Origin: Camelus ferus
Lineage: Eukaryota
Reading direction: 5' to 3'
Assembly: GCF_009834535.1 (NCBI RefSeq)
Contig: NC_045707.1
Location: forward strand, 60,576,001 to 60,640,000
DNA length: 64,000 bases
Under the pieces are notes generated by a model, which was given only the letters and a program-made list of their open reading frames with translations, was not told where the DNA came from and did not search any database. Shown here piece by piece: positions 26,623 through 38,355 of this stretch; positions within the stretch are counted from its first letter, which is position 1, and each line of letters opens with the position of its first letter. Position numbers and translations under genes: made by a program.

Positions 26623-27579
26623 ACCTGAACGGCAAGGACTGTTGCTTGTTCCCCTTTCCCCTTAATCTTTGTATTCTCATTGCCAGCTTGGTGCCTGGAA
26701 GACAGTAGATGTTCAAATAATATTTGTCAAGGAGTTTCTGGCCCGATTCTGTGGTTTAAAAAATACGTTCTCAGTCTGTTGCAGCTTATATGAAGTAGAC
26801 AACTTTCCTGAATTCTCCATCAGCTCTTTCTGACCCATCTTTATTCTTATTTCCCAAACCTTCATAGGCATTCACTTCCTCACACTATGGCACAACACTT
26901 TCTTGACTTACATAACTCAGTAACGCTAGACCATAGCCAGGGTCATTACTTCCCAGAGTACAGCATGGGGAAGCCCCTCCTCATCATCAACTGAAAACCA
27001 ACTTTCTTAACGTTGCATGAGTAGCGCATATACAAAAAATGAGTCTATTTTATTTTAATCAATTTTGCTATTTAATTCAATTTTACTACTCTGATGTAAA
27101 TAGATAGTATCTTAAGTATATTTGAAAAACCCCAGAAAGTTATTGTAACAGTTAGCTTCTGTATAAATAAACAAATAAATGCTATTAAGTCAGAGAGGTT
27201 TTTAAGTTTTAAGCCAAGCTTTCCTAGTGAATTTGGTTTTAGCTCTGAGCTACTTAGTTAACCATTCTGATGGTCCCCGAACCTCTCATCACTAACCATT
27301 CTCCTCTTCCTGCCTCTTTAAATAGTCCTATAAAAATATCAGTTATGGATCTGATAGTACTCAATTCAGCCATGAAACAAATTTCATTATTTAACATTGG
27401 GATTCACTGGATGAAAGGTATAATTAACATAATTTAAATGACGAGATAAGCATGTTAAAGCTTTAAAGAGAATAGAGATATTATATACTTAGCATCTTTG
27501 TATTATCACCAAATGGTTATTACCTTTTAAATAATTAATGTACTAATACATATTTCTATCTATCCATTCATCTGTTTTT

Positions 27580-28370
27580 TGTTGAAAATTTCTTCTTGAA
27601 TCATTTAAAATTATTTCTTGAGAATCTACTATGTACCAGGTTCTGTTCAAAGCAGTGGGGATAAAGGGCCTGGAACATAGTAGGTGGGATCTCTACCCTG
27701 AGGGAATTTAGATTGAATGGATAGAGACAGACAGGAAACAAGTAAACGAAGTATGGAATAGTGTAGTTTCAGAAATTGCTAACTACTATAGAATAAATAA
27801 AATTTGGCAATGGGATAGAATGATAGTGGGAGAGAGGCCAACTTTAGCTGGGGTGATTTAGAAAAGTCCTCTCTAAGGAAATAAAGGCTCTCAATGATGA
27901 AATCTCAACAATAAGAAGGAGCTATGGGAAGATCTGGAGGAATAGTGGTCTACAGAGAGGTAAGAACAGGGGTCTGACATAGGAATAAACATGCATATTC
28001 TAGAAAAAGAAAAGATCAGTATGACATTTTATGTAATGAATCTGTGCCTGGGCAAGAGGTAACGATGACTTGAACTAGAGATTTAACACTGAAGAGATTA
28101 AGTGGTTGAATTTGGTATATATTCTGGAAGTCCACCCAAAAACACATGTGAGGGTATGAAGAAAAGAGAGGCACCAAGGTTTTTGACTTAAATACCTGAG
28201 TAGATGGTGGCACCACCTACTGAAATGGAGACTATCAAGAAGAGTTCTCTTTGGAATTTGTTATTTGTTGTATTTGGAATTTGAGAAATGTATAATATAT
28301 TCAAGAAGAATTTTCAGGTAGGAGGTTGAATATATGAATATGGAACTCAAGAGAGGCCAGGAGTAGAGTT
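27580..28370 (-). mobile_element. L2 LINE fragment
   Basis: ttgagaatctactatgtaccagg...caaggtttttgacttaaatacctgagtagatggtggcacc, antisense L2. Confidence 0.75.
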
Positions 28371-28389
28371 TTCATCAAACATTTCTCTG

Positions 28390-28895
28390 CTGTCAGCTAT
28401 TTTGTTCTGTATCAACCTAAAGTTCATGAAAACCGTGACCACCTGCATCAATATGATAGAGCTGGAAAGCCGAAGAACTGAGACCACCTGTGTCAACATG
28501 ACTTAGTAATTTGTTCCAGGAAACTTTGTCCAGAGAAGATAAAACCATACATCAATAAACAACTTCACTGTTTGATTTAGGAAATCACTGCAAATCAGTT
28601 TATCTGAGACAACAGTCTCCCTTATCAAACCAAGACTCACTTCAAGATTCTCACCTCACCATGTCCACCATCCCTAAAGTATTATTTCACAGACTTGCCA
28701 AGTCTCAATTTGTTCCCCACTTTGAAATACCTGCCATAATCCCCTTGAACCTATACCTCTCAAATCCCTTATAATCCTCCTCTGACTCATCGCTCTTGAT
28801 TCTGTTAAGGCACTGTTCTCCCTGACCACAGTGACTTCAAATAAACTGGGTTTTGCTTTGTTAACAGTTTAATTACATTTTGGAGAGTTCAAGAT
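28390..28895 (+). mobile_element. Old ERV1-type LTR (MER110/MER90-like)
   Basis: cagtttatctgagacaac...aagattctcacc...aaataaactgggttttgctttgttaacag; family assignment from recall. Confidence 0.5.
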
Positions 28896-29570
28896 TCTTT
28901 GCTATTTTTGCTCTCCTGTTTTTATAGTAAGTGTTAATCCTATAAGTAACTGTTTACTCACCTGCTTGAACTCACAATTAACAAAATGAGATTTTTGAAG
29001 TTGGGAGGACCTTAGGAAAAAAAAAATGGAGCCAGGGAAGTCTTCAATGGGAAATGATATTTGAATGAAGGCCTGAAAGAAGGCAGAAGGCATGCCCTAC
29101 AGATGATGGGGCAAAGAGCCTCCAGGCAGGGAGATCAGGAGTGCAAAGACCTCTACATGAGACTGTGCTTAGTATGTTTAAAGAGGAACAAGGTGGCAGG
29201 AGTGGTCAGGAAGTGGAAGTGGGAGAGGAGGTCCAGATTCTGGTGGGGAATCAGGGGCAAATCATGTAGGGGCCTGAGAGCCACTCTAAAGGCTTTGGCT
29301 TTAGCTCTGAAAGAGATGGACAGTCATTGCAGTCATTTGAGCAAGAGAGTCATATGATCTGACTTGTGTCCTGTAGAGATTGTCCTGGCTGCTGTATTGA
29401 GAATAGACTGTAGGGAGCAAGCACAAAGATAAAGAGATTAGTTAGACATCCATAATCCAGGCAAGAGACAATGGCAGCTTGAAGCCAGGTGGTGGCAGTG
29501 GCAGTGGTGAGAAGGGGTGGGAGTCCTGTTACACTTTGAAAGTAGAGCCAACAAGATTTGTTGATGGGTT

Positions 29571-30077
29571 TATTACTGGAAAAAGGAAAATAAGAATTGC
29601 CTTGGTTCTTAGTCACCCCTAAAAAGAGAATTTTTGACTGAGAGACAGAAAGCATGACATAAGCAAGATTTTTATTAGTGATGTTAAAAAAAATATTGAA
29701 AGATAGTCCACCCCCAAGAACTGGGAGCGGGTCAATGCAAGAGAGGGAAGATGGTGCCGTGCCTTTGTTTTTCCTGTTTTTAGAGCCTGGTTTCATGATT
29801 GATTGATTGATTGATTGACAACTCAGGTTCCCTGTGCTCTGGCATGCCCATCCCCTTTTGGGCAGGTTCATTGGGTCAAGTTATACCAGCGCCCCCTCCC
29901 ATATGCAGCTGCAGCACTTTGATTTTAACTGGCTTCTTTTATGGGCCCTTATTTAGAGGAAGTAAAAGTTTCTGGAGTCCCTTTTCCTTAATGCAGAGAC
30001 ATTGCCATTTTCTGAGTTGTTCCTTTCCCTTCCCTCTCCCCTTGCCCAGTGCTTATTTCTATCTAAACCACCTAACA
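29571..30077 (-). mobile_element. ERV1-type solo LTR, related to 23291-23903
   Basis: 4-bp TSD ggtt (29567-29570, 30078-30081); reverse complement starts tgttaggtggtttagatag, like tgttaggtagttagataag at 23291; shared aataaa...ctgtctctca...aagaac 3' region. Confidence 0.85.
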
Positions 30078-30391
30078 GGTTGAATGTGGGTGAGGATAAA
30101 GGATGACTCTGGTTTTGACCTGAGCAATGAGAAAGGTGAAGCTTTCTTTTGCTAAAATGGCTTAATCTGTGGGAGGAATAGGTTTAGAAGGCAGTTGAAG
30201 AAGATGAGGAGCCCAATTTTGGACATGGTAATTTCAATGTGCCATTTAGATTTCCAAGGGGAGATATCAAAGAGGCAGTTAGACATGCAAATCTGGAGTT
30301 CAAGGGAGCAGCCTAGGCTGGATAGATAAGTGTAGGAGTCCTCAGTGAAGGGACTCTACATAAAGCCTTGGGATTAGATCAAATCACCTAA

Positions 30392-30967
30392 TGCCACCTG
30401 AAAATTGGGTTTGCCTCTTCATGGGTGTTGAGCCAAAAGGCGCAACCAAGCCAAAGATCAGGAGAAGGAAGGAGTAAGTAAGGAGAACACCAGGGATGTT
30501 TCCCAAAACCGTGTGTCCCCAAACAGCAAAACTGGGGAAGTTCTAAGCATACTCATGAGGGGCTTGAGCAAAGGAGAATTCAGCACAGAACTGGGGCAAA
30601 GGCCAGCAGCATCCAAGATTTAGTTGATTGAAGCCTCAAGAGTCAGAGAAGGTTAACATCATCATCCCTTGGGTTCCAGTTGACCTGGTGGTTGAGTGCC
30701 CAAGTCCTTCAGGCTAATCTTAGTACTAAAACAGAACTGAGCTTACAACTAGTTTATTATCTTTGGTATTGTTACTTCTCTTCCCTGAAAACAGTCATTT
30801 GTCCTTTTATTCCCTTAAGATGATTACTACTGAGACCTGTTCAAGGGCAAGCATTGCGGCCAGGCTTAGATCACAAAATGGCTTAAGCCAAAAATGGTTT
30901 CTCTTATGCCAAGAAAGTCATGCCTGGTTCTCCTGTCCCCAGGGACCCCCTACCTTATCTGCTTACA
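30392..30967 (-). mobile_element. ERV1-type solo LTR (laurasiatherian MER41-like)
   Basis: TG...CA ends; 4-bp TSD ctaa (30388-30391, 30968-30971); reverse complement has gaaccaggcatgactttcttggcataagagaaaccattttt...gtgatctaagcctggcc. Confidence 0.8.
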
Positions 30968-31699
30968 CTAAGAGTGAGCACATAGACAGAGAAGAAATCT
31001 GAGAACTGAGCTCCGGAGTACTTCATCTGAAAGAGGGCATTAAAACTGAGAGAGTTTAAAAACATTGCAAGATATTATGGGGAAAGACCACATTACTTTG
31101 CCAAAGGTATAAAGCTTCAGGGCTGATACCTGCATAGCTGGGGCAGTTTTCCCTGCCAGGAAGAGGTACTTCTAAAAGCACAGAAACCGGGACCATTATG
31201 GCTACATAGACATCTGCACTGTTTTATTCCAGCTTCTTCCTCCACGATTTAAAAAAGAAGAAAGAAAGAATTCATGTAAAATACTGAAAGCATGGTCAGA
31301 AACATCTGTGGCTGGAACAGATTTGGTTGCATAAATAAGGCCATGAGACAGTCTTTGTCTTTCCCACAGGTAAATATCATCAGACTTACCACATTATCAA
31401 TGCAGCAGATTGAAGCACGATGAGACTAAAAAGTGTTCACTCTGCATAATCTTTTTTTAGAATGGTTTCAGGATAGGGTTGATGAGTGCAAGATATGTAT
31501 ATGTATATTTTTTTTCTTTTTGTTGTGGGGTGAGGTGCAGAAGAAAGATTTACATGGGTAATTACAAAGTGAGAAAGTAGAACTAGAAAATATAGACTTC
31601 ATCTGTTGAAAGTTTATCTAAGTGTTAAGAATAATTTTCAAAAAAAAGGCAAAATCAAGACTCTCTAATAGATACAAAGTGAAGGCATGTCCAAGATTA

Positions 31700-31810
31700 T
31701 TTAAAATAGATAAATAACAAGGACCTACTGGTTAGCACAGGAAACTATATTCAATTTCTTATAATGAGCTGCAATGGAAAAGAATCTGAAAAAAATATAT
31801 ATGTAAAAAA
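31700..31810 (+). mobile_element. Artiodactyl-type L1 3' end fragment
   Basis: aacaaggacctactggttagcacaggaaactatattcaat...aatggaaaagaatctgaaaa. Confidence 0.85.
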
Positions 31811-32801
31811 TTATTTTGAAGTCAGAGAACCACAAATTTATGAAGAGTAAAAGAATATTGAAGAGAATTTAACAAGTGATTGAAAAACTGACTTTTTCCA
31901 TAGGGATGGGAAGGTTGGGGAGGTTGGGTAGTTGGGAAGAGAGGGGTTGTCTGCTCACCAGAGAGAAGTTATTTGTACATCTATAGACAAGAATTAGTCA
32001 CACGGCAAGGTTATAGAGAGCCTGGGAAGCCAAGTCAAGAAACTCCATCAGGATTCACCTGAAGTACTCATAAATTTGAATGTTTCCCCCCGAGGCTGAG
32101 GGATAGGAAGGCAGGAGAGTACAGATATAGGCAAGCAGTGGTTTTGGAAAATATGTAGTTGACATATGGTGGCCTCAGTCTTATTGAAATCGTGACATCA
32201 CTGTTATTAAAAGTCATAAATCATCTAGAAGGCAGAGAATTTGGTATAAAACAGCAATTGAACTCTACTTTTAACACTGAGTTTCCTGGTAGCAAAGGCA
32301 AACATGGAAAGGTGGTAATTATGTAATTCTGATTGGCACACAAAAAGAAGAATATAAGTTTTTCTGCAAAGATGGGTTTGACTGCTGAGAATAAGGAGGT
32401 TGTGAGCTATGTGAGGAAAGAGGGGGAAGGATGGAATTCCCTAAGCAGAATGGGAGATGGAATTCACTACGGACAAGTAAAATAATTTTTAAGCTATGCT
32501 GTGGGACTGCAGGGGTTAAAGACATATGTGCATTTGGAGTAAATTTGGAATATAAATCAATTCCTCCAAGAAACCTTCCCTGGTAATTACAGGCTGGGCT
32601 AAGGTGTCCTCTAAGCCCTTGCAGCATCTGGATCTGCCTCTTTGTGGCAGTTAGGACGTCATTTTACTCTTTCTTCTGTTTCTCCCCACAGAGCTCCAGG
32701 AAAGCAACAACTCTACCTTCATATTTCCAGGGCCTAGTACAGTTGCCTGACACGGGTGAAGCTCAGGGAAATTGAAGGCATCAGGAAAGAATGAGTGAAG
32801 A

Positions 32802-33168
32802 TGTCTTAGCCCATCACTAGGGCTGCTAGAAAAGAATGCCACAGACTGGGTAGCTTATAAACTACAGAAAGTCTATTCCACAGTTCTAGAGGCTGGAAGT
32901 CCAAGATCAAGGCGCTGGCTGATGTGGTGTCTGGTGAGGGCCCGCTGCCTGGTTCACAGACGGCCATCTTCCCTCTGCATCCTCACGTGGGGAAAGGGGC
33001 AAGGGAGCTGGCTGAGGTCTCTTTCTCAAGAGCTCTGATTGCATTCATGGAGGCTCTGCCCTTCCTGACCTAATCACATCCCAAAGGCCCCACCTCCTAA
33101 TACTTCACATTGGAGGTTAGTTTTCAACATACGAATTTGGGGGGACCACGAACATTCGGTTTATAGAA
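32802..33168 (-). mobile_element. MLT1A-like LTR
   Basis: tgtcttag...ccacagactgggtagcttataaac...cagttctagaggctggaagtccaagatcaagg...acctaatcacatcccaaaggccccacctcctaatac...gaatttggggg. Confidence 0.9.
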
Positions 33169-33444
33169 GATGTGCACACAGACCGTTCAGTCGGGTATGC
33201 AGGGTAGGGAATGGTTCTGCCGGGAGCGTGAGCCCGGAAGAGGCCAGCATGCACTCTGTCAGCACTCTTGCCTTTCTCATCTTGCCTTGGACTCAGTGAT
33301 AACAGAAACCAGATGCCTTCTCACAGAAAGATGCGTGGGGAAGCAGTTACAGTGAGAGCAGGACTTGGACATGGTTTGTGGCGTGTTCCAACCTGCTGCT
33401 TGATGCTTTACAATCTACAGTTAAAGATTAAATTCAATCCCTTA

Positions 33445-34025
33445 AATTTATTTTTTTGTTGTTTTCTCTCCTTTCCTGACTATCAAAATAATATGTTTTT
33501 ATTGTATGTAGGTAACTAACAAAATAAGGATAAATACAAAGAAAAAAATAAATTTCCAACCACTCAGGCGTAAGTACTGTTAACAGTTTCCTGTATTTTT
33601 TACATTCATTTTTCTGTGTATTATACGTAGGGGGAAATAATATATATATTATTATATATTGATTGTTTTGCTTTTTAAACTTATAATTATACTCCAAAAT
33701 GTTCTAGTGACATTAAACCATCTCTTCCAAAATGAGTTTTAATGGACATATAATATTTATCTTAATTTTTCTTCTATTATTGAGCATTTAGGAGGTTTAC
33801 AGTTCTTCTTCAAAGTGTTACTTTGATAAACGTCCTTGTTCAAAAATACCTGGGACCATACCTTGATTATTTTCTTTGAACAGATTCCTATAAGTGGAAT
33901 TATTGAAATCAAGGATACGAACTTTTCAAGAACTCTCTTAAGCCAAGTAGCTCTCAAAAAGATTGTTTCAATTTATACTTCCATCAGAATGTTTAAGAAT
34001 GCCTATTGCCCTGCACCCTAAAAAG
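33445..34025 (-). mobile_element. L1ME-like LINE-1 3' fragment
   Basis: catttaggaggtttacagtt...agattcctataagtggaattattgaaatcaagg...caatttatacttccatcag. Confidence 0.7.
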
Positions 34026-34871
34026 TATTAACAATTAAATATTATTTATGGAAGACACTAAAGTCACCACAGAGCATCAAAACAGTGTAGCTCTTCAAAA
34101 AGTGTTATTTTGACTAATCTGCCTTTGTGATGAGAGAAGACAATAGTGAAGTTTTCAGTCTAAATATAAATGGGCTATACCAGGACAGTGTTACATGATC
34201 CAATTTAAATTCAGACCAAAAAATTCTATCTTATCTTTATAAAACTCTTAGCTTTTAGAAAATTTAGATACAGAAGAAAATAGTCAGTTTAAATCATATT
34301 TAAAAGAAAATGTCTTTCAACAGACACTTGAACAAAAATTTTTTAAAAATATGTACCATCTCCAATAGGAAGCCTGTGTGTTCAGGAAACAAATTTGTGC
34401 AAATTAATTTCATGTGCAATCACAGAATAACTGTTTCATGTTATTACGCTTTAACATGGGGGGAAGAAAAGAAGAGTTCTTATTTCCCTTTGGTAATATT
34501 ATTACCTGTACCAGGTTCTTTACCTATATTATCTCTAACACTCACAAACCTTGGCAGGGAAGACTGATTTTTGTCTTGATTTATGGGTAAGGAATCAGGC
34601 TGAGAGGTAAGAAACTTATAGTTAAGTAGTTGTCTGAATCCAGAGGTGGAATCATTCCACCAGGCTCCGGTGGCTCCCTGAGAGATACCAAAATGTTTCA
34701 TGTGAGAGAAAATGATGGAGACCCTGACCTCAGGCTGGGGACAAAAGGGGCTGATGGTACAGAACCATCAACCTTCCTTTCTGGTGACCTGAATTGGAAA
34801 AGTGAGTAAGTGAACATTTCTTGCTATTTCTAAATTTAAATTAATATGTTATAAAATTAGCATTGGATGGC

Positions 34872-34975
34872 TTTTGTTTCTTTTCTTTTCTTTTCTTTCA
34901 GGAGTTACTGGGGATAGAATCCAGGACTTTGTACACGCTAAGCACGAGCTCTACCACTATGTTATTACCTTCCCC
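34872..34975 (-). mobile_element. Short tRNA-derived SINE (Vic-1-like head with A-rich tail)
   Basis: Reverse complement ggggaaggtaataacatagtggtagagctcgtgcttagcgtgtacaaagtcctggattctatccccagtaactcc followed by (gaaaa)n. Confidence 0.8.
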
Positions 34976-35609
34976 TGCTTTTACAGTTCCTTAAACTGTA
35001 AGGAAAGAACAGAAAAGGAAAAAGAGAAAGAAGTGGAAAAAAAAAAAAAGAAAAAATGTGAATAAAGAGTTAAAACCAGCCCTTGTAGGATTGAAAAATA
35101 CCCCAAACCTAGAGAATGCCCAGGTGCTGAGTAGGGAGAGGGTAATTTTGAGGGTATTTCCATATATCTGGAGACTGGGAAGCAGAAGAATGAGTGGTTT
35201 TAGAACCAGGCAGAGCGGGGGAGTTAGTTGGATGGTCACAGGCCGGGCACTGAGCCATCTCTCTTTTTCTGCTTTGCCACCTGGTCCCACCACAGGGATG
35301 CATGCACCTGCCTCACAGGCGGGCAGTCGTGTTTGTGAGTCAGGATGTTCCTCTCTTTGACAGGCAAATGCAAATGCATTTTTCTCCCTTTTTGTTTTCA
35401 ACCTTCATGCAGTACCCGTCTCACACCCCTTTTCTTTCTTCAGACTGAGTCCCTGAGTACTTGATTGGAGGCAAGCTATGCTGCGGAGGCAGCGTGGTGT
35501 CCTGTTTAAAGCAAATGCTCCTACATCAGGCTTCCACTCCTGTGTGAGCCTGGACAAGACACTGAGTCACTCTTTGCATTGAGCCTCCCCATCTGTCAAG
35601 TGGGGATCC

Positions 35610-37090
35610 ATTCAAAAAATACCTATGAAGCACCTGCTGTGTGCCAAGACGTGTTCCACCCTCTGGTGGGGGGGGGGGTGTAGAACAATTAACAGAACAG
35701 AGAGCTACTTTGCAATGAGGCACACATGAGCCAAATATACACTATAATGATAGATATTAAGTAAAATCAAGAAAAATAAAGGAAGATAAAGGGACAGGAG
35801 TGATAGGGAGTGATATTTTAGATAGGAAGTCCGAGCAGACCTCACTGAAGAAGTGGTACTTAAATATGGACACGGGAAAAAAAAAACGAAAACAGCGAAC
35901 GAGACATGCCATAGATCTAGGGGAATAAGAACAGCAGGTGAAACACTGTAAGTACGGGGGAGGGTATAGCTCAAGTGGTAGAGCGCATTAGCATGCGCGA
36001 GGTCCTGGGTTCAATCCCCAGAACCTCCTCTAAAAAAATGAACCTAATTACCTCACCCCAAAAATTAAGACTCAGTAACAGGATAAATTAACACTAAATT
36101 AATACAGTAAAAGAGGAAAAAAGTCCAAAACACTGTAAGCAGAGGTACGCTTAGTGTGTTCAAAGAAGAGCACAGTGCAAAAGTGCACTGTGGCCTCAGC
36201 AGAGTCTGTGAGAGAAAGTAGCTAAGGGCCTGATCATCCCAGGCTTGTAGGTTTGTTAAGGACTTTAGCTTGATGCTAAGTGTGATCAGAAGTGTATCAG
36301 TGACAGGAAACACAAAAGACTCTTATTATTTAATTAGGAAGAGATTTGGGTACTTTTCAAACCACTGAAAAGGCTACAGGAATGAGACTCAGAATATCAC
36401 CACCAAACCAGCCTGCCAGAGAAGCTGCTACCTCTGCCACAGTCAGGAAGATGGGCAATTGAGAGGTTGCAAATGAAACGGTGATGGTTTCAGGAATAGA
36501 TGCCATGGCTGTGACCCAGGGAACAGGAAGCCCTGGTTGCTGCCACCACAACCATCTCTGAACACCCACATCAACCCAGGCATGGTCTCTGTGACCACAC
36601 TTGCCTGCTGCAAAGTCAGAGCAGCCAGAACGTGGCCTCCACCCCACTTCTACCCGCCTCATCGCTCATATGTACCCATCTAAGGAACGCAATTTGTAAT
36701 CTTCCAGTCGGTGAAGGATGAGAAAGCACATTAGAAGACTGGAAATGGATGCTGGAGGCCAGGAAGAGAGTAAAGAGCAAGGAAGAGGTGAGATACGATT
36801 TGGTTTACATTTTAGCAGGAGTATCCTCACTGCTATGTGAAAAATATACTCTAGTGGGTCAATAAGAAGAAGCACTCACTGTTAGAGGGTTACAGGAACA
36901 GTTTAGGTAAGAAGAGAGAGAGCCTTAGACTAGAGTGGTGACCTGAAAAAACTAAGAAAGAGGGAAATTATATCAGAGCTGCTGATAAGTATTAGGTATA
37001 ATAAAAGTAAGGAATTTAAGATGTCTTCAGATTTTTGACCTAAACACCTGGATCATACCAGTGATGCATACAGAGAACACTGGGAAACAT
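35610..37090 (-). mobile_element. L2 LINE with nested insertions
   Basis: cattcaaaaaatacctatgaagcacctgctgtgtgccaag...agacctcactgaagaagtgg...tttacattttagcaggagtatcctcactgct. Confidence 0.7.
35956..36127 (+). mobile_element. tRNA-derived SINE, Vic-1-like, with extended 3' tail
   Basis: gggggagggtatagctcaagtggtagagcgcattagcatgcgcgaggtcctgggttcaatcccc; tail aacctaattacctc; 12-bp TSD aaacactgtaag (35941-35952, 36128-36139). Confidence 0.92.
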
Positions 37091-37479
37091 ATGGATTATG
37101 GGGAGGAAACAGTCCCATTTATCTCAAGCAATAAAGAATACCCCAGAGTTCTTCAGCAGCACCTGGCACACAGTAAATATTCAGTTGGACTAGCTATTCT
37201 TTTAAATTAAAATAACATATTTGTCTAACTCCTTGAAGTTGAGGTCACCAGGTTTGAAATTGGGTATTTCTGAATGGTAGTCATGTCTTCCAGGTAGAAA
37301 GAGACAGCAAGACACCCAAAATCTGGTATTCTGAACCTACTTACCAAAGCCATAGCAACCACTCTTAGAGTGCAAAATCATTCAATATTCTTTCCTAGAG
37401 CTGTGGACCTAAGTTCCAATGGGACCTGGCACTTAGGCCTCCAACTCTCAATGGGAATTGTTAGGGAATTTACAGCCAT

Positions 37480-37895
37480 ATTTTTAAACTACCCCAAAGA
37501 AGAAAGACCCAAGAATAGTTAAGACATTCCTGAAGAAAAGAATAATAAGCTGGGGAAATTTTTATTATCAGTTATCAAGATAATTACAGAACCATTGATT
37601 AAGACCATGTGATATTGGTATGGGAATGGACAACCAACGGAATGAATAAAATGAAGAACCTAGAAGTAGACACACTCGTGTGTGTAAGTTCTTGACATAT
37701 TACAAGGGTGGTATCATGGTTCAGGGAGAAATGGACAAAATCTTCAATTGAGCGGTACTGAAACAATCGGTAATCCAAATGGAAAAAATGCTATTGGATC
37801 ACACCACATACATGAGTCAATTATAGATTAAAAAGTTTGAGGGTGAAGGGCACAATCTTAGAGTGTTTAAAGCATTGAAATAAAAATATTCTGAT
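37480..37895 (+). mobile_element. Old L1M ORF2 fragment
   Basis: ccaagaatagttaagacattcctgaagaaaagaataa...attaagaccatgtgatattggtat. Confidence 0.7.
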
Positions 37896-38099
37896 AGCAT
37901 CTCAGTCCCTGTCTCTTCAAGACCCAACTGCATTTCTGTCCTTAAATTTTCATGAGTTATCCCTACATTCTTATAATAAACCCCACCACCTTTTCTAGTT
38001 TTACTACAGCTGGCTAGACATGGTTTCTGCCATGTACGCAAGGTGCTTAAGGTAAGCTGGCAGAAAAGAAAAGCCATTTATCCAGCGCTTACTCCATGG

Positions 38100-38355
38100 C
38101 CTGCATCATCTGAGTGCCTTATGTGTATTAACTCATTTAATTCTCACAAATAACCCCATGAGATAGTCACTGATTATCCTCATCTTACAGATGGACATAC
38201 AGAGGCAAGAGAAATTAAGGAACTTGCTCACATCACAAGGTTAGTAAGTAGCAGAGCTAGGATTTTAATCTGGAACTTCCGGCTCCAGATTCCAACAAAG
38301 GAACTGGAATTTGAACTCAGGCTTTCTGGCTCCATATTCTTAACCTCCATGCTGT
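38100..38355 (-). mobile_element. MIR SINE
   Basis: tattaactcatttaattctcac...cttacagatggacatacagaggcaagagaaattaaggaacttgctc. Confidence 0.8.

Larger units (their letters stand above)
29020..31030 (-). mobile_element. L2 LINE carrying two LTR insertions
   Basis: Antisense L2 text reads through continuously when 29571-30077 and 30392-30967 are removed. Confidence 0.85.

Noticed and set aside
29350..29871. 173-aa ORF
   Set aside because: Reads across an LTR/L2 junction, so it is a chance chimera of repeats.
35656..35680. CTCF-like ccaccagagggtgg (minus) next to a G-run
   Set aside because: Mismatch at a key core position and located within a decayed L2.
35956..36030. Possible genuine tRNA gene
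   Set aside because: Anticodon arm region is shortened, and it has a SINE tail, TSD and related copies in the window, so it is a SINE.
36330..36680. GC-richer insert inside the L2, possibly an old LTR
   Set aside because: I could not establish ends, TSD or family with confidence.
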